The translations under genes and the position numbers were made by a program. A stretch of 62,817 bases of DNA, the filler included, from Rhabdomonas costata (taxonomy: Eukaryota), in NCBI GenBank assembly GCA_019059605.1. It is 42 parts of 42 records of this genome, joined end to end, with 100 filler letters (N's around TTAATTAATTAA, not from the genome) between each part and the next. Parts side by side here need not be neighbours in the genome. Positions count along the whole stretch, not along the records: positions 49,437 to 50,833 come from JAHMHO010017109.1; positions 50,934 to 52,331 come from JAHMHO010017110.1; positions 52,432 to 53,829 come from JAHMHO010017111.1; positions 53,930 to 55,327 come from JAHMHO010017112.1; positions 55,428 to 56,825 come from JAHMHO010017113.1; positions 56,926 to 58,323 come from JAHMHO010017114.1; positions 58,424 to 59,821 come from JAHMHO010017115.1; positions 59,922 to 61,319 come from JAHMHO010017116.1; 34 more parts are not named here. The stretch is one strand, 5' to 3'. Below, piece after piece: positions 50,323 through 61,420 of the stretch (within the stretch, counting starts at the first letter, position 1; each line of letters opens with the position of its first letter). The notes under the pieces were generated by a model, which was given only the letters and a program-made list of their open reading frames with translations, made no database searches and was not told the origin of the DNA.

Positions 50323-51549
50323 GTGAGGCGTGGGCCCCAATATCCGTAGTCACATCTCATGTTTTGCCTTCCAGCCTTTATGGGCTTGAGCGTTCATGTC
50401 CATTTTGGAGCTGGAAAGAGGCACAGTTTGCAGGTATCCAAGGTGCTGGAGCCATTGTTCTGATCATGCCCGCGCAGGATTCGGCAGGGGGTGGTGATTG
50501 AAGAAAGGTGCAAAAGTTTCGTGTTTCGAGAAATTGGAGCCCGGCTGGACAGTCCGTGCTGACCTTCCCCCTCCATTAGTTGGGCCAGTGCGCTCTGGAG
50601 ACAATCACACCAAGCCCCTCACCCCTTCTGAGACCCTCTCTCTCCGAGCCTAGGCAGCATAGGAAGTATGTGAAGTACGCCAACGCGGGGCCGACCCCCA
50701 CATGCCCATGACTTATCATTTCGACCAATCCCCAAAAGGTCAGCAGGACCTTTCTTTTCATTCAGGACGGTGACCCACAAGGGCGTGCAATCAACAGCTG
50801 TTTTGTTTTGGCACGCCCTTGTGGGTCACCCCCNNNNNNNNNNNNNNNNNNNNNNNNNNNNNNNNNNNNNNNNNNNNTTAATTAATTAANNNNNNNNNNN
50901 NNNNNNNNNNNNNNNNNNNNNNNNNNNNNNNNNGTTGTTGTGGTTGAAAAGTGTGGGTGCACGGTTTCCCAGTGGTGAACTCGAGGAAAGAGTGCTTCGG
51001 ATGACCATCTGGTTGCTACTGTAGCTTGCGCTGCGATTGCTGCGGGCTCAGCTGTTGTTCTGCGGGCTGTGATGCTGTTTCGGCATAAGCGTTGGCGGCT
51101 CCAGGCGATGCTGCTGCTGCTGCTGCGATTGTGTGCGGTGTGGAGTCTGCCTGTGGAGAGCAGCATAAGCCAGGCCAGTTCCGAGTTGACGGCTACCGTG
51201 TCCACCAACCGCTTGGTTAAGGCATTGAGGCAAAAGCTCATGTCCGGCTTGCTAAATGAGTAAAACGGCTGATGGACGCATTCCAAAAGCAGCAACATGG
51301 CGACAGAAGCCTCCCATTGAGCAAGGGGCACAGCATGAAGGTGTGGGTGGGCCTAGATCCAGGCACCCAGTGATTGAGCTGCTTCTCGCTTCTGCTCTCG
51401 AAGACGTCTCGCATTAACCAGTGTGGTGCTCGACGAACTTTCTGGGGCCAAATGATGCAGAGTTTCGGCCGATCGAACATCCGCTAAGGTCCGGTCTCCG
51501 ACCAACAGAAGAGTGGGATCTCCAGAAACGGACAAGTGTAGGCCAGGGT

Positions 51550-52331
51550 CTGTGGAGATCCGCTCGTACATCAGGCGCTGGCGGCGCCGAAGAACATCAG
51601 CGATGCGCTCGCACATGTGGAGGTGGAACGTCCTGATGATAATGCTAATCACACAAGACTCCAGGACATGCAGAAACCCCGAATGGAGAGCGGAAGCAAG
51701 CCCACGTCCAGTTGAGGCAGATGTGTCGCGATCCAGTCAGCACAACGCGGTCGTGATTCCAACCAAATGCATACCAGAAGGCTGCAATCATAAGATCAAG
51801 GTCCGCGGAGCCGGTGCCCGGGCACCCAAAAACAGCATGAGCATCTTCCTCTGTCTCCGCCTAGCAACAGATGCGGGCCAATGAATCAGCCAGTTGCTTT
51901 GTGACCAGCCGAGCCCGCGTACTCAACGCCCCCGGGCGCAAAAAACCCACTTGAGCACGGGAGGAACCGCCGAGTAAACAAATGCATGTTCGATCACGTG
52001 GGGACATTTGAAGAGAATGGTGGAGGATGGCCAGTCAATCATCAAACCGACGTGGTAGAGCTGGTACAATAAAAAACGACGGTCGCCACCGTTCTTGGCT
52101 TGTTGAGCCAACCAGGAGGTTTTGGACATCCACAGATAGATCCACAGAGAGCAACAATGAGACTCGAGTGATAGAGAGCGCCAGCTAATGCCGGTGTGAG
52201 ATCCCTCCAGCAAAAGCCGCGACAGAAAATGCAAGGTTCCCATCCTGCTACTTGCGTTTGCGAGACACTGAAGCCATCGAAGCCGACGAGCAAGCGCTTC
52301 AAGGCGGGGCCCAAAAGGCGTACCACCCAGA
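51550..52331 (-). mobile_element. Decayed non-LTR retrotransposon (LINE) ORF2 3' region
   Basis: A minus frame with several stops contains LSTRARLVTKQLADSLARICC*AETEEDAHAVFGCP (51926-51819), the L.TR.RL...S..C..C...E...H....CP zinc finger that follows RT in L1-like elements; no splice pattern. Confidence 0.55.
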
Positions 52332-52431
52332 NNNNNNNNNNNNNNNNNNNNNNNNNNNNNNNNNNNNNNNNNNNNTTAATTAATTAANNNNNNNNNNNNN
52401 NNNNNNNNNNNNNNNNNNNNNNNNNNNNNNN

Positions 52432-53829
52432 TTGTTTTGGTTGCGCAGAACCTTTTGAATCTTCAGGTCGGCTATTTTCGAAGAGCCATCCTTTCCCACG
52501 CAAATTGGATGGCTGGACTTCTCAATAATTTCCAAAAGCCAACCCGCAGTTGAGGAAGTGACGTCAACAAGATCCTCCTCCAAAGTCCAGTTTTTCGGCA
52601 CAGCAACGGAGGCTAACTCAATCCGTCGCAGGTCTAGCATTAAAGAAGCGATGGGAAGAATCTGAGCATCGTTCAGCACAAGAAAGGAACCCTCGGTAGT
52701 GCGGGCCACATTGTCATGCGAGTCTTTGATTCTGACCGTCAATGTGGAGCTTAGATGGTCTCCTGGGATAAGCTGCACCGCGTTCCCAATGACCACATCA
52801 CACAGAAGCAGACTGATCGTACCCGGGCCTTTGGGGGACAGAGCACTTTTGAACTCGATTGCACTGGCGCCTGCAAACAAGGTCCCATCTCTTTGCATCC
52901 AAAAGCCATTCATTAAGATACAGGTCAGTAGATCGTCACTGTGGTGGGTATAAACTAGTTTGTATTTCCGATCTGGGCGCTGCAACGTTCGGACAGTCTT
53001 CCAAAAGCTTTGCTCCACCCGAGGATGGTACGCAGTCCGAGCCTTGCGCAAACTTACGTCCCAACCCGCTGGCAGGAACGACTTGACATCTCGAAAAAGA
53101 CCTTCAAACTCGCCATCACCCTCTTTGATGTCAAGCAACTTGGGAAGCCCACCATCACGCAAAAGACCCGTAGCTCTCTTTTCGCATTCCAAAGCAACCT
53201 GCTTTTGTTTTTCAGCGAATTCCCGATCACAATCAGGGCACGAGTACTCTGCAACGTGGCGATTGCCGCACTGAACAGAAACCCGGTGACGACACTTGGG
53301 ACGCTCGACTACTATTTTAGCAGCACAGCTTTTAGGAGGCTGCCCGCACTGCAAGCGCTGAACATGCTTGCACGGCAATGTGACATTCTCTCTGTAGGTA
53401 CATTGGCAAGGCTGGGAGCATTGTCCCTCGCAGCGGTGGGAGCACGGCAAAATCTCTTTGCAAGGATGTGTACAAATCGAATGAGATCCAGAATGACACG
53501 TCCGCTCGCAAATGTGCATCGGGCAGTTGTCAAATCGTTGCCCACATGGAAAAATGCACTTAAGTTCGTTTCGGGCTTTCAAAACGGATCTCGCAATTTC
53601 AGAGGCTGCAGGGGGCGAGGACGGGTGCCTACCCAGGAAAGCGGTTTCACCATGACGGGGACATTGCAACGGAATCTCATGTCTCACTGCCCCCTTGCGC
53701 TCCAAATGCTGAATCACTTGCTTCCAATGGATGTCAGTGTTTTGCAATAGGGCCCGGCTGCCCAGTACATACAGCGCATGCCTTGCCCTGCTGAGAGCCA
53801 CGCACATCCTGTTCTTTTTACACAAAAAC
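52432..53829 (-). CDS. ZNFX1-like protein fragment: SF1 helicase motif VI, NF-X1 zinc fingers, degenerate PARP-like domain, start of a second PARP-like domain
   Basis: The whole contig is one open frame. NRMCVALSRARHALYVLG...W..VI..L...IPLQCPRH is the Upf1/ZNFX1 helicase end; Cys/His repeats span 53558-53229; the PARP-fold pattern spans 53138-52635; VPKNWT...LVDV...LKIQKVLRNQN spans 52604-52434. Confidence 0.8.
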
Positions 53830-53934
53830 NNNNNNNNNNNNNNNNNNNNNNNNNNNNNNNNNNNNNNNNNNNNTTAATTAATTAANNNNNNNNNNNNNNN
53901 NNNNNNNNNNNNNNNNNNNNNNNNNNNNNGTTGT

Positions 53935-54113
53935 GTGTTTCAGAAGAAGTATAGCGCATGCTCATGTGGTGCATCTCTGATGTTGCTCACCCACACAACC
54001 CAGAGGAGGATTTCCCTCCCGCTGCGAGAAAATAGCGGTCGAGGGATGTCACTGTGAGTGAGCAACATCAGAGATGCACCACATGAGCATGCGCTATACT
54101 TCTTCTGAAACAC
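53935..54113. repeat. Perfect 56-bp inverted repeat (53935-53990 / 54058-54113)
   Basis: GTGTTTCAGAAGAAGTATAGCGCATGCTCATGTGGTGCATCTCTGATGTTGCTCAC and its reverse complement at the contig start. Confidence 0.95.
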
Positions 54114-55023
54114 TAGAATGCCGGATCGTGCCCCACATAAGAAAAAAGGTGGAAATACTTTCTGCCATTTGAAAGACAAACCAGCGGAATGAGAGCTGCA
54201 ACAAACTTAGGTCAGCTAACGGCCTTTGCATTTTGATAGTGGACGAGACTGACTGCATTTGACAAAACCGACGAAATCGAACCGAAGCGCCTAAATAAAA
54301 AGAAGAATGCCAACCTATAAGCGCTGACAACAACAGTAATGCAGTAATGCACAGCGCAGAGACTACACATACAACACACACACCCACACACACGTAGGAC
54401 AGGTTCCGGACCAACGTGGGCCAGAAGAAAAAGGCACCACGTGAGTCGAGCGAGTACTCAGAAAGCGCAAAAAGAAGTCCTGTTTGCTCCCAAGAAGAAG
54501 GGTAGGTTTCCACGATGGTGCCGCAGCCCACTCACCGTTATAACGGGCAATATAACGGTTGTCAGCGGTTCCAGAAAACAAGCCAGAAAACAAGTCATTT
54601 AACTTAAGGAAATTGTGCTCAAAAAGATTTCCTTTGGGGGGGGAACAGGTCAGCAGTTTGCATCTTTTCTTGTGCTCGAATATTTTCCATTTCTACACGA
54701 CTTAACGGTTCTCATAAGTTTTTTCGTTGCGGTGACCAAAGTTTGGCGCAATCATGTCTGACCCTGTGAGAAAGCAATGACCACGCGGCAATATGTTACA
54801 AGCACTTGCATGCACCAAGCACCTGCACTTCTTCCCGCAGAAAGTTAGCTCTTCCCCATTGGCAAAAGTTCCATCCCAGACAAGCTGAAACGCAAAAGCC
54901 CCCTCCTCTTACCAAAGGCTTCCTAATACGAGACCCGCAAACGTCCCGTTATGGCCCAAACATTGCGAGGCCACGGCCCGGCCGAGGGGCCCTGAAGTTT
55001 TCCACGCGACGGCCATAGAGTGC

Positions 55024-55194
55024 CTTCGTGAACCGCATATCCCCGCTGCCTCCGTGGGCGGCAGGGGTGACTGGCCCTGTGCTCACTGCGCTAGGGCTGG
55101 CCCTCCCTGCAGTCCCTCCAGCCCACCGGCGGTTGGGGCTGCGTTGGAGGGTTCGAAAGAGCTCCTGCTGCTGGTCAAGCTGCTGCTTCAGCTC
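55024..55194 (-). CDS. Coiled-coil protein exon
   Basis: TTTCTCCCGTAG|ELKQQLDQQQELFRTLQ...DMRFTK|GCACTC; 57 codons, putative GC donor. Confidence 0.45.
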
Positions 55195-55476
55195 CTACGG
55201 GAGAAAGACAGAGAGACAGCTTTTTTCTTATTACCACAGAAGGAGTAAACGACGGCAACCACGCCATAGAAGTAGACAATATACAATATACAATGTACAT
55301 GTAATATAACAAAAAAACCAACCACAANNNNNNNNNNNNNNNNNNNNNNNNNNNNNNNNNNNNNNNNNNNNTTAATTAATTAANNNNNNNNNNNNNNNNN
55401 NNNNNNNNNNNNNNNNNNNNNNNNNNNGTGTTTTTTTTGTAAATTGCGTTGTGCCACCATCTGTATTTGTGCACAG

Positions 55477-56665
55477 CTCGCTGCAAAACTCCTACCAGCC
55501 CATTGCAGACGACGTGGGCTGCTTTCTCCGCGTGCGGGTGTTCGATGCGGAGGGCCAATCAGGACACCCCGAGGCCATCAGCAACCCCACCCGCGTCCTC
55601 GTAGGTAGGTTTTGCGGTTCACTTGCTGGCGTTCCTGTCAGTTGCGGAACAGGACATTCGAAAAGATTGTTGGTAGGGAATAGCAGAAAAAGTCAAAGTG
55701 GGATGCTGTGTCGTCTGTGATCGGCTCGCTCTGCTCTATTGAAAGCAACATCAGCGTCTGCAAAGCTGTCGGACCCAAGCTGCGTCCCAGTGAATTGCGG
55801 TGGAAGCAGCTTCTTCTTTTCGACCTTCCTCGTGCTGCTTCAGACCCGACCATCAGGAAGCAGATCTGGGAGATTGTATCGCCAGGCCAAGCAGCGTTCA
55901 ACGTATGCCGTGCTCTGCTCTAACCTCTGTTAACATGAAGCACGCCATACTTGGATGGAGACGTTGTGTGGTCTATGGGAGTGTTGCGGCTTCATCTTTT
56001 GGTGCACATTCTGAGTCTGACTCGGAATGCTGTTGCCGGTCCTCCTCTTCGTTTTATACTACCCACAGGTAAAGGACCAGGAAAGGCTGAGCTGGGAGAT
56101 CGGCCTGAGCCACGAGTCTTGCCGCCTGCGGAAGGCCCGCACTCCGACTCCGGGCTCGCGAGACTTTGCGAAGGTGCGATGTGTATGCACTTGTGTGTGG
56201 GTTACTTTGTGATTGGTCGTCTGTTCGGGAGTTTATGTCTTAATTGCCGCACTCCAACAACAAGGTTTTGTGTGCGTATAGCTGGAACCCTGGTGTATTC
56301 CTTGCTTTTTGCGATTAATGGTTTTAATAACTTCACTTTCGCTTCTTTCATTTCGCATTGTTGCGTGTGTGTGTGTGATTTCGGTGCCTGACAGTATCGT
56401 ACCAGAGTTTACTTACAACAACTCAGTGTTTACGTGAGTGTGGATGTGTGTGAACGTTGAACTTGGGTTGTTTATTGTCCTTCTGCAGCTACGCCTGCTC
56501 TTCCCTTTCTCCCCCCGCTTTTTTGCCATATTTTTTCGCCAGGTGGACGAGTTGAGCTACCCCGCTAGTGATGGCACACGGCGGGAGCTCCCGCTGCTCG
56601 TCGACAAGCAGATCGACCGCGACATGATCGCCCTCGTATTTCGAATATTCCATGCCCTCGCCGAC
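55477..56665 (+). CDS. AIR9/SCAB-type Ig-like plus PH-like domain protein, several exons
   Basis: Exons 55477-55604 (SYQPIADDVGCFLRVRV), one ending ~55902 (DPTIRKQIWEIVSPGQAAFN), 56069-56173 and 56543-56665 (LLVDKQIDRDMIALVFRIF). Confidence 0.5.
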
Positions 56666-59355
56666 GTTAGCCCCCTGTTTTTTGTTTGGATGTTTGAATG
56701 AATGAATTCCATCATTTGTTTTTCCTGACTTTGAACAAGTTTGAATGAATGTCGTGACATACCGTTGCCCGTCCTGGTGGTCGGGCAACGGTATGGAACA
56801 AGTCCCCCCAAACAAAACCAACAAANNNNNNNNNNNNNNNNNNNNNNNNNNNNNNNNNNNNNNNNNNNNTTAATTAATTAANNNNNNNNNNNNNNNNNNN
56901 NNNNNNNNNNNNNNNNNNNNNNNNNGGGGTTTTGGCTTTTTCGCTGCTGTGCACGCTTGGTTTGCTCTTACCGCTTCACTTGATGTCAGACATTCGCTGG
57001 TGGTTGCTGCATGTTGGAGAGCGAGGCGTCAAGGGTATTTTGCCGCATCTGAGATTGTGCCCTCCCGCCGATGCAAATCTGCACAAAAAACATATAAGAG
57101 CTGTTGACGGAAATGGGTGGTTTGGCGGGTGTGCCGTCTGATATTTTTTTTGGCAGACACCGGAGACCTAGAAAGAGCAAAACTGGCCCTTGCGAGCCTC
57201 AGGGACACCCACAAACAGAACTTTTGGAGGGCCCGTTCCGATGCCAGCATTATGCCACGCTCCCAGGGTGTCTTCACTCCGGTATTTTCAGCAGCTTCTG
57301 GCTGAAAGCTTGGTTTGTAGTCTTCGAAGGTCGAACGGGTAGATGATGAATAAAAAAATTAAGAAAGTGGGAAAGAAAATTAATCAAAGTGGGCACTTCA
57401 AGAAACCGTACTTTTGCGTGGAGATGCAGGAAGAGGCTAGAGAGCTGCCATTAAGCACATCTCAGGCGAATATTTCATATGAGAATCAGCCAGATGAGCT
57501 CAAGTTATGTTCCCCACCTCAGCGTGACGTTTGGACAGAAGGACAGGGGGCTGGACGGTCCTGCTGGATAATCGTAACGCAGACATGGATGTTCTCCCCT
57601 TCAGTCCGCTTCCTGTCAGCTCTCGGTTGCCTGGCTTTGATCGGCCCCGCGCAACACAAATTTCAGCTGTCACTAACGGAGTATGGTGTCCTTTTTGTTC
57701 AAGTTGTGCCATATCATCCACCCATTCTTTTCTGCAGCAGCTGGGGACTCTCGTCCTGCACGGTTCGCGATCATTTGTTCCTTTTAATTGGGGTACCCCA
57801 TCTTTCTTCCTTCTTCCCTGAACCGCAGGCAAATGCGGAGAAGAAAACACAATCACAGTCAGCGCGCTCTCCTTAGGAAGGGGTTACCATGTGGTGGAAT
57901 CAAGCATCGCTTCAGCTTCAGATGGCACCTCCAGTGTTCTGCGACGTCGCAGAATACCCACGCTTCGGGATATTTTTCAGGCCTCTTAACGGGTTGAAAG
58001 CCATTTATAATCAGACTCACCCTAAGCTCCTGACTGACGTATTAACGTACGTTAGATGCCCCCTCCCCCGTTACGTGCATCCCTGCATTGTGACCACTTC
58101 GCAAAAGTGCACAGCGATCGCTACGCACAACCAAGATACCGATTCAAAGGCCTAAAGATGAAGAAGACACAACAACACATACACCCACGACATCCTGGAA
58201 AAAAACTTTAATTGGAATCCTATGGCATCGCCCTCCAACGGCAAATCCTCCCGCGGCAAAATAGCGCAGCGATTACTACGCAAAATAAATACCGCTGCAA
58301 CGCAAAGGTAATTAACCAACCACNNNNNNNNNNNNNNNNNNNNNNNNNNNNNNNNNNNNNNNNNNNNTTAATTAATTAANNNNNNNNNNNNNNNNNNNNN
58401 NNNNNNNNNNNNNNNNNNNNNNNGTGGTGGGTGTGTTTGGGTTGGTGTGGCTGACCACTGAAAAGGACTTTCGGTCCTTGCGCCGCGACTGAAGAGCAAA
58501 GAGATAGAGACAGAAGCAAGGGTGCTGATAAAGCACTGGCACTGGGTTTCATTTCACATGGACAAGAGCAGCACCATGCTCCCGCGGTTTTCAACTCGCG
58601 GAACCGACTATGGGGAGACAGAAGAAGAAGGAAGCAAACAAGAGAGCTTATTTACATCTTTTTGATCTACTTTGGTGTACCTTAATACCTCTGGGCCTGT
58701 AATGTTCTGTAGCGAAAATCGCCAGTTTTATTTTTCGAAAATTAATCTCCCGAACGCTGTTTTCCCTGGCCCGCGCGCACCCTGGAACGCGCGATCACAT
58801 AATTGACCGGGGGGAAAGAGTTACGTTACGCGGGCATAATAGATGGAGGGCGGGAGGGAGGCGGCAAGACAAAGAATAACAAGTTGTTTCAAACGAAACC
58901 GGAAAGGACGGAAAACAGGTTTGCAGTGTTGTCTGCAGTATTTCTTCATTGACTACTTAGGGACATTTGCGTTTCAGCCGTTTCAGTCCTCTGTCCCCCA
59001 AATGCAAAATTAGGGCCAGCCCTGATTGTTTGTTCGCGCTATGCATGACTGTGATGAAAAAAACGGAAAGAAAAGTAGAACGTCACATCCGAATGAAGTT
59101 ATATAGTATATACTCCACTCTTACACACACTCCTTCCAAAACATTGTACTATATGTCTCTCCTAAGCTTGTGATCACGGGATACCCAGGGGGCAGGGATG
59201 GGGTTGGGGGGTAAGTATGCGGTACCCATGTCAAGAGTGGCAGGTTCCACTGCGGGACTCACCAACACGCGTAGATCAAAAAGTGGATGGGGTGGGATTC
59301 GAATCAAGGGAGCCACTCAGTCACAAGATTGTAATATAGAGTAGAAAACACACAC

Positions 59356-59821
59356 CCTTTTCTCATAGCTTGCACACGTCTCCGTTGGAGGGTGGGCATT
59401 GCTGTGGACGAAGCAGAACTCCTTCTTGCACCGCTGGCAGGACATCTGAGGGTCCGCGGGGTTTCCCTTCTGTGGCAGCTCGCAGAAGGGGCAGGCCCTC
59501 AGCAGGGGGTCTGCGCGCAGGTTCCGCAGCTTCACGTACCGCTGCGCAAGCCCCACGTCCAGAAAGGGCTCCACCTCGGCCTCCGCCAGCAGCCGTCCAC
59601 ACATTTGGTCCCCGGAAAACGGGCAGGTCAGCCGCGTGTTCCCCTCGGTTATGTTGGCAATGAAATACTGTGCCAGACAGTCCCGGCAGAACCGGTGGCC
59701 GCAGCCCACTAACTCCGCGCTGGCTTCCATCCTTTCGTTGGACTGGCAGATTTGGCAGTAGAAGGTCTCCACCGGTGGGGCCGGAGGAGTTATGGGCTGC
59801 ACAGCCACTCTTATTGCCTCC
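59356..59821 (-). CDS. RBR (RING1-IBR) E3 ubiquitin ligase exon
   Basis: CQIC...GCGHRFCRDCLAQY...LTCP...C (RING1) then CPFC...MSCQRCKKEFCFVHSNAHPPTETC (IBR); donor GTGTGT. Confidence 0.92.
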
Positions 59822-60410
59822 NNNNNNNNNNNNNNNNNNNNNNNNNNNNNNNNNNNNNNNNNNNNTTAATTAATTAANNNNNNNNNNNNNNNNNNNNNNN
59901 NNNNNNNNNNNNNNNNNNNNNTTTGTTTTTGGGTGAGACACCTCACTCCACATCTTGGCTCCAGCCTTGGTCGCTCCGGCGTGCGCCATGAAGTGGAGTG
60001 AGGTGTCTCACCCAAAAAGAACAAAACTTTGGTCGAGAGATAAAGGGAATGAACAGGATTGACAACACTATTCAGAGTACAAAGAGATACAGGAGCGCAA
60101 AAGAATAGGATCCCAATGGAAGTAGCATAGGAGCCGCACATGCCCTGTGTGCGGAAAAACATCGATTTTCTTGCGATGAACTTCATCGTGAATTTGCTTT
60201 TGCGGATGCTAAGGTGAGAAACTTCCAAGATTCAATGGTGAAAGCATGAAGGGATAAAGGTAACTCGGCTGAGTTCTTTCAACTGAGAATCCATGGAGTC
60301 CTTCGAGCATTACAGAAAGCTATAGTCAGAACAAAATTGTCGACGATGTCACATGGACTGCAGGGCAGGATTCAAGTAGCTAGGGGTGAGCGAGGGGCAA
60401 GTCCTCCCCG

Positions 60411-61078
60411 TCATCCTGCGCCCGTCCCCTCTGCCTCCTTGCCATCCTCCTCTCCGGCGACATCGGCGGCTGAGTTAGCATTCAGTTCATCGGTGTGAGT
60501 CTCCCACACGCCCTTCCGGCTCTGCCCAGCGTGGGGGTCATTGGGGCGGGCCAGATTGACCTTGAGCACACGACCGTACAGCTGAGTGAGAAATGGGGCG
60601 GGGTGAAAGTAGGTCAGCACCTTTCTGAGAATAAAGGGGCTCCCTTCACTTCCTTTACTATCTTTTTCGCTAATATACGCTTCTGAGTTCAGCTTCATGT
60701 TAAAGCGAATACACTGGAAACAGAACCCGATGGCGGAAAATGCTCAGCCCGCGAGCAAAACAGAGCCAAACAAACATGTTTTTGAGGCTACAGCTCAGGA
60801 GAATTTCTTGTGCTCTCGGGACTGATGAAGCTTTACTGCTGGCTCCCCTTCCGTTTACAGGTCCGGATAAGCCTATCCCACCCAGCAAAAAAGCCTGCAG
60901 CATCTCGCGGCACCTCGGCTCCATTCATGTTCTCGATCGCCGCTGCGGCATCCTCCACGAGCTCGAACTCCACAAAGCCGAATCCCCGGGTCTTCTGGTC
61001 CAGCTGCACCACGGGGATCTGCACCCCGACGATTTCCCCGAAGGGAATGAACGCTGCCCTCAAGATGCCCTCGTTGAC
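60411..61078 (-). CDS. PPIE: Cyp33/PPIE-type RRM protein lacking the cyclophilin domain, last 2 exons
   Basis: Exons 61078-60914 and 60581-60411: VNEGILRAAFIPFGEIVGVQIP...[38 protein letters not shown]...KGVWE...*. Confidence 0.85.
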
Positions 61079-61420
61079 CTGATGTCAACCCATCCACCAT
61101 GACTCCCAGTACAGCGTTCATGGGTCTGTGGAAACCGATGTTTCACTGCGGTAATATCTGCGACGTTTGCATCGTTAATGCGAAACGAAAGTTTTCAACA
61201 GGAAGCAAGTTAATGAGTAGAGGACTGCGAGAGAACGATCCGGAATTTCGTCAAGCATTGCCATGTCGCGGAGTGGGGAAACAAACCTCTATCGTACCCC
61301 ACCACCCAAACACACCCACNNNNNNNNNNNNNNNNNNNNNNNNNNNNNNNNNNNNNNNNNNNNTTAATTAATTAANNNNNNNNNNNNNNNNNNNNNNNNN
61401 NNNNNNNNNNNNNNNNNNNG

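Larger units (their letters stand above)
1400..61419. other. 41 synthetic scaffold spacers (N44-TTAATTAATTAA-N44) separating 42 unrelated ~1.4 kb contigs; first 1400-1499, last 61320-61419
   Basis: Identical 100-nt spacer about every 1.5 kb; TTAATTAATTAA gives a stop in all six frames; contig lengths of 1392-1399 bp indicate a length-sorted concatenation. Confidence 0.99.

Noticed and set aside
53010-53750. 246-aa plus-strand ORF
   Set aside because: Antisense shadow of the ZNFX1-like frame.
59283-59335. tRNA-like 3' half on the minus strand (GATTCGAATCCCACCCCATCCA)
   Set aside because: The T-stem does not pair and there is no D-arm or acceptor 5' strand; at most a decayed tRNA-derived fragment.
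1400-61419. Regularly spaced identical TTAATTAATTAA motif as a CRISPR-like array or biological repeat
   Set aside because: It is embedded in fixed N runs and is a six-frame-stop linker; ORFs ending in X...LIN or X...N are linker artefacts.
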